Below, piece after piece: positions 10,732 to 23,199 of a DNA stretch of 64,000 bases. The stretch covers positions 16,559,099 through 16,623,098 of the forward strand of contig NC_069004.1 in assembly GCF_001194135.2 (NCBI RefSeq). Reading direction: 5' to 3'. Source of the stretch: Octopus bimaculoides. Lineage: Eukaryota. The position numbers and the translations under genes are program-made. The notes below the pieces were generated by a model. That model was not told the origin of the DNA and made no database searches. It worked only from the letters and a program-made list of their open reading frames with translations. The stretch's first letter is position 1. Every line of letters begins with the position of its first letter.

Positions 10732-11929
10732 CTAGCAGAAATACCCGGCTTTGCCCGGGTTAAAGAGAATAATGAAATCTAAAAACGCTGTCTAGACTAC
10801 GCAACCATCAACTGTTAGTAGCTACGATACCATATTTCTACATTAATAACTCTCCAATCCATGCCAGCATGGAACATAGACATTAAGTGGAATGCCAGTC
10901 TCTCATCTAGGAGGGCCTTGAAATCAATGTTACCAACTGGGGACTATGTGTGTCGTAGTGATAATAAAAAGACCCAAAGGAGGTCTGCAACGAAATAATT
11001 TTACTCAACACTTTGCAAGTGAATCAGTGGAGGCAAAGATGCGTCTCATTTACTTGACAATTTATGCACCACATTGCAGAAATCNNNNNNNNNNNNNNNN
11101 NNNNNNNNNNNNNNNNNNNNNNNNNNNNNNNNNNNNNNNNNNNNNNNNNNNNNNNNNNNNNNNNNNNNNNNNNNNNNNNNNNNNNNNNNNNNNNNNNNNN
11201 NNNNNNNNNNNNNNNNNNNNNNNNNNNNNNNNNNNNNNNNNNNNNNNNNNNNNNNNNNNNNNNNNNNNNNNNNNNNNNNNNNNNNNNNNNNNNNNNNNNN
11301 NNNNNNNNNNNNNNNNNNNNNNNNNNNNNNNNNNNNNNNNNNNNNNNNNNNNNNNNNNNNNNNNNNNNNNNNNNNNNNNNNNNNNNNNNNNNNNNNNNNN
11401 NNNNNNNNNNNNNNNNNNNNNNNNNNNNNNNNNNNNNNNNNNNNNNNNNNNNNNNNNNNNNNNNNNNNNNNNNNNNNNNNNNNNNNNNNNNNNNNNNNNN
11501 NNNNNNNNNNNNNNNNNNNNNNNNNNNNNNNNNNNNNNNNNNNNNNNNNNNNNNNNNNNNNNNNNNNNNNNNNNNNNNNNNNTCTTTCTCTCTCTCTCTT
11601 TCTCTCTCTCTCTGAAAGTATCTGTCATTACAATATCGAAATGTGATTGTTTCAGTTAGTTGAATAGTTTCATTTTTAAAGTGAAAGTATTTGACATGAG
11701 TGTTTTTGTTTCACTTTTGACACGTAATACTTAAATAGTGGAGGAGATATTATGTTGCTGTGGGCTCGAACTCTGGAAGAAGTTAAAATTTTTTTTTGAC
11801 TAAAACACAACTGGAACCCTAAGTAAGGCATCTGTAAAATTTGAATGAAATTGGTTGCGTAGTTCTCGAGTTTTAGGGATTCACACAGACAGACAGACAC
11901 ACACACATTCTCATTTTTATATATATAGA
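10732..11929 (-). mobile_element. Non-autonomous Helitron
   Basis: Minus strand starts A|TCTATATAT (11929) and ends with hairpin ACCCGG/CCGGGT (10743-10760) plus CTAG|T (10732); contains an N gap. Confidence 0.8.
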
Positions 11930-13134
11930 TTGCAGTTTGAGATTCAAGTGGAAAATGGGTTTGTGATCATTCAAGATGATATCAGGGGTTGAATGGTAAA
12001 GCAATCTACCAATCTTCTATTTCTAACAAAATAGTTAATTCTGACACTCTAGTGTACAGTATATATTGTAGGGCTGGTTTTCTTGTATATTTTGATGTTG
12101 TTGTTTATTAGGAGTCCATTGTGCATTACAGTGTCTACTTTCAATATGTTCCTAGTTTTATCTGTGAAGAAGCATACTTTCAAGTATCATGTAGTCATTC
12201 AGAATTTTTAGCAAGGGATTATTACAAGGCTGAAATCTTACTTTTAATAAAGTCCAATTATCATATTGATAAGGCAAACTGAAAATCCGAAGGTCTTTCA
12301 TCGTGGTAAGGGACACATTCATGCTTTGAATCTGTATTTAGAAGTAGGTGTACCAGTAATCTAGTTCTTAAAGAACTAGATTTTTTGTACATCTAGTTAA
12401 TTATATCAATGTTATATCATAAAGTTTCATGGAGAGTATCTGTATATGCTTCAAGGAATTTGGGAAGGGCAGTTTTTCTATTAAGTGCTTGCTAAGACTT
12501 AACTGGAGTGAATATTAAAGTGAACAGGTGTACAAAGAAAAAATTATTCACTATATCACATAGAATATATATTTGTAGCTTAATGCAGTTAATGCCCCCT
12601 CCCCTCCAATTATTACTCAGTTTTATAGACTCACAAATACATGCTTAATTGTATAGGCACCCCAAGAAAGAGGAGTATTGTTTGAAAGTTGATTTCTTGT
12701 CAGTTGTTGGTAAGCTGAATTTTCATTGGATATGCCAGGTCATGTGATTGAATTGAAGGCAGACTTATATAGATCACTGTAAAGTGTTAAGGGGTGTGGG
12801 TGAGTTGACTCTGACATTAACTTTGATAAGTAAGGGAGCTAACTCTTCAATACACTTGGGAATTTTTTTCCAGGTTGTTTGGTTGGAACTGAGCCAGCTG
12901 TGAAGGAAGAAGGAAATTATTTTGGATTTCTTGTTGAGGCATGATGTATAGTGTTTTAGCTGGTGAAACCAACAGTTCCCTCATCAGCTGGTTTATAAGA
13001 ACGGATCCAATACTTCAAGTTAGAGTACAGCATTCATGGTCCTGAGCTCTTATACTTCCAAATGAATGAGACAGAGAAGTGGAGGTCTTGTTGATAGATC
13101 AAAACATAACACACACACACTCTTCTATATGTAT

Positions 13135-15006
13135 AGACACCCGGCGTTGCTCGGAATTAAAATGGCATAGTTTGTATATAATATATTACAGTTATGTTGA
13201 AACAGGTGATATGGGAAAGTGCGGTATTGACAACAAAACATTTGTGGAATAAATGCTGGGCTAATTCGACTAAGTAACATGCTATGCATCTGTTTGGAGT
13301 ATTTCAGGCCCTAACCAGTCATGGAAAATTGGGGGTTGGGTTATATGATTTTAAAATGCACTGAAAAGCTGTCTTTTGCAGCAGTCGGTGCTGTTCCTAA
13401 CACAAACCATCATCTTAAATTTTGATATCTCCTTTGGCTTTGATGTCCTACATCACTCGTAAAGTCAATTTGGAGGAACTGTGGTTGTTCATTTGTGGGT
13501 AACTGGGAACTAATGAGGTGTGCCCTTGAACTTTGACATTAGCATAAATTCATCTTTAACTATCTTCTTAGCTGCAGTAAACGATGTCATTTGAAATGCA
13601 AAGTTGTATTGTCTGATATTGTTCAGAAAATTCTTTGACTGGCTGGAAGTGCCTTCTAGAAGATCGATAAGAGGTTGAGAAGGAGCTGGTAGTGCTGACA
13701 ATGTTACCTGACAACCCGAGCGGCACATACCATTTGTTTCATTTGAAAATTTTAAACTTCTACAGAAACGACAATTTGTGTTTAGCACGCTAATTTGGAC
13801 AGTTATCATTTTTATAAGAATGGGATGGATCATATCTAAAAACAGCTTCAGGAGTTGTGAAGAACGAATTTGTATGTAGTCCATTTCTGAGAGCTATTCA
13901 TTCTATTGGACCTCTCTGTCTAATCGTTAAAACATTGATTTAATGATCCAGCATTCATTTGCTGATCTTGGGAAAGTCTCATCTCCCTTCTCTCTTGAGA
14001 CTCCGTCTGACGTGCTGTGCTGCTGCATGCCTTTGCTGATGTTGAGAAAATTTCATCCTGCTTCTCTGTTCAGACTCTCGCCTTAGGTGTTTTACACTCG
14101 TCCTTGCTTTATACTTGTTTCTGGAGAGATTACATCTTTTCTTTGGTGGCATATTTTTTTCAATATTGTAAACAAAAAATTATGAACATAAAAAGAAATT
14201 ATACATTATTCCCTATTTTTGTAAGCAGGTGTATGTATGTAGTATGTCTTTATTTTTGTATGCAGTATAAATTAACCAAATAGAAGCACATGTATGAACT
14301 GCTAATTTAATGGTAAATGCCACAGCAATTATTATAGATAAATTTCTTAATAAATATATTAAGCACATGTATTAAATGTTAATTTAAGGGTAAATATGTA
14401 ACTGTAAACATCTTGCAACCTTGAAACTGCTGCGATAATTATTAACTGGGAATTGAACGGTAAATGTATATTTTTATATACCTTGGACCTGCCACCTCAT
14501 TGCTTTTTATCAAGAGTTTCACCTCCAGCCGTTCGTTATGTCAGTCAATACATTTACTGACACACTATTCTGCTGTGGTGGCCATAAAGACGGAAAGTTG
14601 CCGATGCATAATGTTGTTCACATTAGGATGTAAATTATTCATTTATTTCAAATATAATAGAAATAAGATGATCTTAATGTTATCACATTATAGATGATAA
14701 GCAGCTTTCTTTATTATAGTACAAATGTGACTAATTCGGCAAAACATTACTTTCATTATTGAAACATTATAACTCTCGTAATTTTGGTTGAAATTGAAAG
14801 TGTGAAACTATTTTCACTTTCTAATGAAACCTGGTCATTGTAGAGCAGTGTCTTTCAAATAACTATAGCTGGTTGTTGAGATAATGTAGAATATATGTAA
14901 ACGAAAATGTAGTTTATTTGGTAGCCCAAAAATTACTGAATATTTTGATATCCTTATGTCAAAATGGGCAACCCAATTTTGGAATGCAAAAGGAACATAT
15001 GCACGT

Positions 15007-15047
<41 letters not shown>

Positions 15048-15830
15048 CTCACTCGCTCTCTCTCTCTCTCACTTTTAGAACATACATAAGGTATGAAACA
15101 TCAGTATTTCTCTGTCACCCGCTATCCCTGTCTTTCATCTTCTATAAAAACTTGTTTTCTGTCTGTTTCTTTCATTTGTCTCTGCCTTTTTTTCATTTTG
15201 TGTTTCTCCCTCTGATTCCATAAAATTTTATTTCAAGAGAGCAGAAATTGAAAGAGGAGAGAAGGAAAGTGAAAGATGTATATAAAACAGACGTGTGTGT
15301 GTGCATGCATACATGTGTGTGAGAGAGAGAAAGAGAGAGATTGAGTGAGTGAAGGTGTGTTGTGATGATTGATGTCTTTTAATTACACACACATAGAAAA
15401 TGTGACGTCATCATCATCGTATAAAACGTTTACAATAGTTGATTTATGGAAAAGATTATAATGTTAAATTTTTGAAATGCAAATATGTGAATGGAAATTA
15501 AGTTTAGTTTGTAGCCAAAATAGTACTAAATCTTTTGATACCCCCATATGTCAAAACCGGTAACTCCGTTTTGGAATGCATAAGGAAGATATATATATAT
15601 AGGACAAACTTCTTTCAAACTGAAAGTATTATCTCGCATTACAGTAGAGACGTAATACTGAAATAGTGCAAGAGATAAGAGATTGCTCTGGGCTTGCATT
15701 AGGCAAGAAGTTGAAAACTTTTTTTGGCCCATGACATTGCATGGACCCTAAGTAAGGTATGTGTAAAATTTGAATGAAATCGGTTGTGCAGCTCTCAAGT
15801 TTTAGGGATTCATATATATATATATATGGA
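13135..15830 (-). mobile_element. Helitron with RepHel N-terminal coding remnant
   Basis: Minus-strand CRFCRSLKFSNETNGMC...LLEG..SKNFLNNIRQYNFAFQMTSF and EQPQFLQI; 5' end A|TCC at 15830; degenerate 3' hairpin at 13140-13154; 5' ~200 bp shared with the 11.7-11.9 kb and 63.2-63.45 kb copies. Confidence 0.85.
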
Positions 15831-16539
15831 TCTGAAATTCACTTCATATTTACCTGATTTCAGGTTCCATCCTATTGCATGGTACCTACAGCAAGATGTC
15901 TTTACTATAGCCTGTAGCTGACTAATAGCGTGTGAATAAAATTGGTAGAGAGAAACTATTTAGGAGGTGTATATATCTTTGTGTGTGCATAAATATTTCC
16001 ATATGTTTTCACATTTGACTCCATTTAAGTGACAGTGATATGTTTACATCTTCTGTACTCAGTATATCTTGTAGCTCAGCAACTTGAGCAGTCTCAGTAA
16101 GACTTGCCCAAACCAAACCACATGGAAAAAAGCAAATGTAAAAATGATGTGTATGTCATCATAAACATATAAATATTTCACTCATTTGTTTTATATCCAT
16201 TTTTCCTTGTTAGCAAGAGTTGGATGAATATATCATTGAGTCATTGATTTAGAACTGAATGCCTTTCCTGTCGCTAACCTTCACCTGTTTTTTTAAATAA
16301 GCAACTTATTTCACATGAACTGAACAGACAGTTTATTGGCAGGAGAAGTTACACTAACACTACTTCCAGCAACTGATTTTTGTAGATTGCACATATAAAC
16401 AATTGTGCCCAAGTACACACATACATATATGACATGCTTCTTTCAGTTTCTGTCTACCAAATTCACCCACAAGGCTTTGCTTGGCCTGGGGCAGTACAGC
16501 TTTGCTTCTATTTTATATATATATATATAGTCTTTTAGT

Positions 16540-16761
16540 CTTTTACTTGTTTCTGTCATTTGACAGTGGCCATTACTGGTGCACTGCCTTAAAGGGTTGT
16601 AGTCAAAGAAATCATCCCCAGGGCTTATTCTTTGTAAGCCCAGTACTTATTTTATCAATCTCTTTTGCCAAACCATTAAGTTATGGGGACATGAACACAC
16701 CAGCATCAGATGTCAAGTGGTGGCAGGGACAAAAACACACACACACACACACACACATATA

Positions 16762-16799
<38 letters not shown>

Positions 16800-16950
16800 C
16801 GACAGGCTTCTTTCAGTTTCCATCTGCTAAATCCACTCACAAAGTTTTGGTCGGCTCGAGGCTATAGTAGAAGATACTTGCTCAAGGTGCCATGCAGTGG
16901 GACTGAACTTGGCACCATGTGGTTGAGAAGGTAGCTTCTTGCCACACTTG
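16540..16950 (-). mobile_element. tRNA-derived SINE family A (CORE-like centre), near full length
   Basis: Head GTGTGGCAAGAAGC...AGTTCAGTCCCAC, ACCTTGAGCAAG core and internal (TA/CA)n; multiple copies in the window. Confidence 0.8.
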
Positions 16951-17399
16951 TGTGTGTTTCTGCTCTTGTCTTGACATCATACAATTGTTGTAAACATCAT
17001 CCAAGTAGTATCCTTTGTTTACATAAAAACATGTCTGGCCATGAGGAAATATTTCCTTACCTGGAAACAGGAAGGGCTTCCAGCTGTAGAAAACATGCAA
17101 ACATGAATCAGATATATTCAAAAGTGAACATTAAAATGATTGTGCACATCTGTTTATATACATTTATACAAGGTATCTCATAATGATAGGACACATTATA
17201 TGTATGTATGTATGTCCATACATATGAAATGAAAAGAGAAATAAAGAAATTTTGTAACAGTGCTGAAAGTTTTACAAACAAAACTATTTTAGATGCAAAA
17301 GTCTAGCTTCAGAAGGAAGCAGTCTAAGAAATGTGTATTTACCTCAATTTCTTTATTTCTTTTAAACTGTTTGGGTTAGCAGCAGCAGTGACTCTCCAT

Positions 17400-17870
17400 T
17401 GTTACTCGTGGTTGTTGTAACATATTTTCACATAGTGGTGATGGAAGATGGTGTTAGTGGTGTATGCTATATTGTTGGTCTTAGTTGCTGTGATGTATTC
17501 ATAGGAGCCACTTGCCCATCTTTAATCAACTATTGATTTTCAGGTTGAGGCAGTTGATCAGATTTCTTGTGTTCTTCTCCGAGTCTAGTATGGAGGCATC
17601 TATCTTTTTGGTAGTGTTGCAACATTTGGTTAAGTGTTAGCAAAAGGAAGATGCATCGATAGTGAGGTGTTCCTTCATTAAGACATAGAGTGATCAGACC
17701 GTGCTACCAAAATAATAGTTGTTGCATTTGGAGCACCATATCTGTTTTACTATGTATGTATGTAGGCACATGTTAATGTTGCGAATAGGGCAGTTCCTCT
17801 AGGAACTAAGCATCATGTGCATCCTGGCTGGTGTTGTCACTGCATCTCTAGTGTCTGCAGGTTTATCTAA
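17400..17870 (-). mobile_element. Penelope-like element, GIY-YIG endonuclease remnant
   Basis: Minus frame IVKQIWCSKCNNYYFGSTV*SLYVLMKEHL fits the VYxIxCxxCxxxYIGxTxRxLxxRxKEH signature. Confidence 0.75.
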
Positions 17871-17879
17871 AACGTATGT

Positions 17880-18200
17880 AGGTGCAGGAGTGGCTGTGTA
17901 GTAAGTAGCTTGCTTACCAACCACATGGTTCTGGGTTCAGTCCCACTGCGTGCCACTCTGGGCAAGTGTCTTACTATAGCCTCAGGCCGACCAAAGCCTT
18001 GTGAGTGGATTGGGTAGACAGAAACTGAAAGAAGCCCATCATATATATATATATGTTTGTGTGTCTGTGTTTGTCCCCCAGCATCACTTGATAACCGATG
18101 CTGGTGTGTTTACATCCCCGTAACGTAGCAGTTTGGCAAAAGAGACTGATGGAATAAGTACTCGGCTTACAAAGAATAAGTCCTGGGGTCAATTTGCTTG
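17880..18200 (+). mobile_element. SINE family A copy
   Basis: GGTGCAGGAGTGGCTGTGTAGTAAG...GGGTTCAGTCCCAC...GGGCAAGTGTCTT; further partial copies at about 19546-19700 (+), 48345-48470 (+), 48770-48950 (+) and 58625-58770 (-). Confidence 0.8.
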
Positions 18201-18732
18201 TAGTCAAAAGGACAAACAAATAAAAGAATATATATCATAGATAGATATGTATATGTAAATATACTTGCTGTTGGTAACCCTAAGAATGAGATTGATGTAT
18301 AAACATATAAAGACAATACCTGACTGTTGCATCAAATATGCAACTGCATGGATGCATAGTATGTTTGCGAGACTGGGTCTCACTGGATCTAAACATCATA
18401 AAAATGTCAAGAAAGATAAACATGCTCTTATTTTTGTACATCAAATACTCTACAGACTCTGGTTACTACTATTATGACCCTAGGCTTTTCTACTTCACTT
18501 GCCCCACTTTACTCTCTGTTCGTGTGTTGATATGCATAAATGTGTGTGTGTCTCTGCTTGTCCTCTTCTCTCTTCTTTCATCTTTCTTTAAAATTCTTTC
18601 ACCCTCTAGTCAGGTATGCCAATTTGCTTATAATATGCAGGATTAGGTTATATATTTTTTTGCTGAAATACTGAGGGTGTGTGCTGCTGGCTTATAGAAA
18701 TGTGTGTGTATTATTAAATCTTAAAAAAAGGT

Positions 18733-18935
18733 GTTGAGCTGGCAGAATCTTTAGTATACTGGATAAAATGCTTAGTGGCATTTCATCCATCTTTACAGTC
18801 AGTCAAGTTCTGCCAAGACTAACTTTGACTTTTATCCTTTCAAGGGTGATAAAATAAGTACCCATTGAGCACTAGAGTTGATGTAAATGACCTGCCCTTA
18901 CTCTCAACATTTCAGACCTATAGTAGAAAGAATTA
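18733..18935 (+). mobile_element. tRNA-derived SINE family C copy
   Basis: GAGCTGGCAGAAT head and TTT(C/T)ATCCTTTC.GGG.GATAAAATAAGTACC centre, shared with the 32.5 kb and 56.8-57.3 kb copies. Confidence 0.75.
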
Positions 18936-19346
18936 TTAAAGCTTAAAAACACCTGTTATGTTTTCTGTGTTTCTTATTACTGTATAACATGGCTCAAACT
19001 CCACACTCTCTCCTAATGCATGATCTGACAGTTCACTTTCAAACCACATGGAATATTAGTGTTGAGTGAAACTGATTACTGAGCTGAAATTATCTGGTAT
19101 CAGCACACTGATAATTGTATATATACTTACACACACACACACACATACATATATCTAAATAAACATATATACATATGTTTGTTTGTTTATACATATAGCT
19201 GTTAAACTAGCAACAAACAAACAAAAAGATAAAATCAAGAGGTCAAGAGCTACAAACACTACAGGTTTCAAATAAGAGTATCCTTCTTTCATATATATTT
19301 ATATACATGTTCATTTATGTACTCATGTAAATAAGCATACACATGA

Positions 19347-19392
<46 letters not shown>

Positions 19393-20699
19393 TAGGTGGC
19401 TGTTGTCACTCCTTTGTTTATCTGCCTTTTGACAGGTCTTCTTCATCTTTCATGGTGTTTAAAATTCACCTTCCTAACAGTGCAATGGGTGTACAGGGTT
19501 ACATTAGCAATAGCACCTATGAGTGACCTGACAGTAAACATATATAGGCACAGGCATGGATCTTTGGTTAAGAAGTTCACCTCATAGCTATATGGTTTGA
19601 GCTTCAGTCCCTCTTCATGATACCTTGGGCAAGTCTCTTCTACTATAGTGAGTGGATTTGATTGAAAGAAACTGGATGAAGCACATTGTATGTGCATATA
19701 TTTGTATAACCCCATGCTAGCTTGAAAAAAAAAACTGAAAATGGTATATGTTTGTGAGTATGTATTTTATTTTTATAATGATTTGATGAGCTGAACTGGC
19801 CTTGAAGGTGGGGCTAGTTATGTTTCTTGAAACCATTACACTTTATGGTGTCCATTATTTATCTCAAAGGTTATTTGCATTTGTCATGCAACCTCTGATG
19901 ATTTGATGATGTAATCTATTTATAAGGTATTTCTTTACCTGACAGATATTATCATTAATGAAATATTTAAGATATATTAAATAAAAATTTATCTCTACAG
20001 TTTTGCATTTGTACCTTATATTTGTAATATTGGAATGGATTTACAGAAAGAAATACAAAATAATGCATTTGTTCCTCACATATGGATCTTTTGAAATATA
20101 ATGAACACAGCATAATAAACCACACCCATGCTCACACACACTCTAAAAGCACAGGTGTGACTGTGTGACTGAGAAGTTTTTCATGTTGGCTGTTAACTTG
20201 CTGTCAAGTATAACTTTTTGTGTTAAAATCATAAATGCAGTACCTTCTTGTAATGAGCTTCCACAGTAACATAGATATACAACAATGTGATCAAACCAAG
20301 ATAGCTATGGCACTGCAATGAAGGACACTTGCATAGTCAACCAAAGGATGATCACAACCACATTCAGCTACACATCACTTGGTGTCTCCATGAGTGAGGA
20401 AATTAGAGAAGTGGTGCTATTTCATTCTCAGACATGCATGGTACCCCAACTGCTACAGCTAAAAGCCCACCATCTGTTTCTTTCATGAAGTCTAAATCTT
20501 GATTTATACATAGAAAAAGAGAGAAGGGTACAAAATTTACATAGACAAGTTTTATTGCGACAAATTGCACCCTGTAAAAGTTTAAAATCAATAATGTGGC
20601 AGCAAGCCAAATAAGATATGAGAAACCCAGAGGCTACAAAAACTGCAGCTTTTAAGTTAGAGTACTCTTCTCCCATGTGCAATAACACATACACATCAT

Positions 20700-20900
20700 T
20701 ATCCCCACTTGATGTCCATTTTCCATGTTGGTCTGGAGTAGATGGTTCAATAGGAGCTGGCAAGCCAGAGGACTGCCAAGCTTCAATGTCTGCTTTGACA
20801 TGGTTTCTACTGCTGGATGCCTTTCCTCACACCAACCACTTTACAAAGTACACTGGGTGCATTTTACATGGCATCAGCATCATCAAGGTAACCTAGATGA
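20700..20900 (-). mobile_element. 5'-truncated RTE LINE 3' tail
   Basis: Same tail as the 38.9-39.5 kb LINE end; other copies at about 8845-8930 (+), 22760-22870 (+), 29000-29250 (-), 29480-29670 (+), 47900-48160 (+) and 57440-57682 (+). Confidence 0.75.
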
Positions 20901-21249
20901 GGTAACAAACAGGTGTTCTGCTGTAGAGGAAGGAGATAGATGGCTACTCCTGATAGAAAAGAGTAAAGATGGTGGTGAAAAGATGTCAGTGACCCTCATC
21001 TTACTGGACGGTGAATATAAGTGGTCCAGAGGATTGGACTGGGTGAGTGAGTAGGCAGATTTGCTCGAATGTGAAAGGAGAGTGGCAGATGGATAGAGAG
21101 GAATGGAGTGGGTGTTAGGAAGATGAGTTGTGTGAAGGGTGGGTGTTGGGAAAATGTTGTGAAAAACAAAACTCATTAAGGACAGATTGGGTGCAGAGAC
21201 ATTGATATAAATGATATGCTTTTAAGACCTTATTTTTGCTTAGAAGAAT

Positions 21250-21720
21250 GGGTTTTCTTGAGCACAGCAAATCACCAATTACCTCAGTTCTTCATCTCGC
21301 ATCTTCCTCTTTCACAGGTTCTATTCACGTTTAGTGATAGGCACTTCTTTATGCAGCTATCCTCATCGATATGCATCACATTACTATAGCATTGCAGTCT
21401 TTTCTCTTGCACATTACATCTGATGCCCAATTTTTCTCTCGACACATTTGCACTTTGTCATAGATATACACTGATATTTCACATTCAGTGGAATATCCTA
21501 GCTTTCATTTCTTTCTGGTTTTTGCTTGTCCTCTGGATTCACATCCCAAATTTCACTACCAGTTAACATTGTTGTTCATACACAAGCATCAAAAATTTAC
21601 CTTTCACTCTGAGAAAGAGACCTATTCTGTTGGATGACTATGAATTCTTTTGAATTCATACACTCTTAGCCAGTTTATTTTTCATTTCACAGAGTACCTA
21701 AAATTCATCTGCCTCACTAG
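21250..21720 (-). mobile_element. Degenerate RTE LINE RT C-terminal remnant
   Basis: Minus-strand SLRVKGK segment similar to the 39.7 kb RTE copy. Confidence 0.5.
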
Positions 21721-21825
21721 GTAGGTTTTGTTGGATTGCCAGCTTTGTCACTTACATGTAGTAGCCTATGTGGTTATCACTCTAATATTTTCTAGTTATC
21801 AGATATCTGATAGAACATACATGCA

Positions 21826-21990
21826 TGTACACAAAGGAGTTCCTGGCTTTAAAAGTGTTGCGAAAGGCCTGGTTGGAGGCCCAACCTTCCAAGTTCTTTT
21901 ACGGGACTTAATAACTGAAGAACCACTGTAGTAAGTGTGTGAAGTTTAGAGGAGAATAAGTTGAATAAAATCATAACGGATCCTCCTTGT
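21826..21990 (+). mobile_element. Mariner-derived MITE-like fragment
   Basis: AAGTGTGTGAAGTTTAGAGGAGAATAAGTTGAATAA = KCVKFRGE*VE* (mariner C-terminus, compare 49033); GAGTTCCTGGCT resembles a TIR. Confidence 0.5.
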
Positions 21991-23199
21991 GTGTGTGTGT
22001 GCACGTGCGCAAACATGTGCCTTGTCTTACTTTGGGCCCTCAAGTTGGGATGAGGTCGTGGGGGTGCCCTCTTGTCATATGCTATTTGATGTCTTGAGCA
22101 TTATTACTCTTGGTGGATCCCATCCTTTTTTAGGTGTAACATCAGCTGAAGTCTTCCAAAAAGAGACAATTATGCTATGATGGGTCAACTGCATGTGAAG
22201 GATCATGCATATATATATATATATATACGTGTGTGTAGAGAGAGAGAGAGAGAGAGAGAGATAGATATGAAATTTACAGAAAAACAAAAGACGAAGACAG
22301 GTGTATAAACAACAAGCAGAAATATTAGTTTGATGCTCGGGAAGGTGACACTCACGCACACACATTTGTTGCTGGTGTGTTAATATTTTGTTTCAGTGCT
22401 ACTCAGATTTTTCAACCAGTACTCTGTAGACCAATTTACAGACAGTAATGTAAAGAGCAAACCAGTGAACAAATTTCAATCTCCTATTGGGATTTCTTTT
22501 GTGGACTGGTCACAGATACAGTTGCGTTTACTTCAAGTTTTTAATAATAGTAGGTCTATATGCTGTCTTTGAGAACAGTATAAGGGGTCGTACATGACAT
22601 TAAAGAAATTTTAACGGAATTGAAATTAGATCATCCCCCCCCTTTTTTTTCTTCTTCTTTCCACAAAGATATTGTAAAGACCTTTAGATCTTACTAGACA
22701 TACAATGTTGGCTAAAAAAAAAAAAAACCTATAGATATATTTTGTACTACATTGTTGGTATTAGGAAGGGCGTCCAGCCTTAGAAACCAGGTGGTGATAA
22801 CTCTCAGAATTGTTTCACACTATCACAACTCGTCCAATTCGTGCCAACACAGAAAATAGACGTAAAATGAATATGTGTGTGTGTGTCCAGCTTCTGGCTC
22901 AAAAGCATCTTGTCTCCTCTTTCTTCCTTTTCTACTAATACAAAATAGCTTTTATTTCTTGGGCTTCTGTCACCTCCACTCAGGCACTTCCATCCGACTC
23001 ATCTCTTTTGCTCCCAACACACTTGTGTCCAGGCACGTTAATCACCACTCCCAGTCCTTCCTTTTCCAAACTGAAAACCCTCTTTAATTCCCTTCTTGCT
23101 TATATCTTTCCCACAATTTTTGGTTTATTCAAAAGGAATATTATCCGATCAGGAGGATCAGGAAAAACCATGGGTACTACCCCTTCTTCCAGACCAAGC

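Noticed and set aside
10946-11659. Long ORFs containing X runs (also 9433-9939)
   Set aside because: They are artefacts of N gaps; only the flanks of 9323-9973 have piggyBac similarity
20403-20591. Minus-strand ORF end (DLDFMKETDGGLLAVAVGVPC...) as exon 2 of the putative antisense gene
   Set aside because: It needs a phase-1 entry whereas ATG GCC| is phase 0, and it has no recognisable homology
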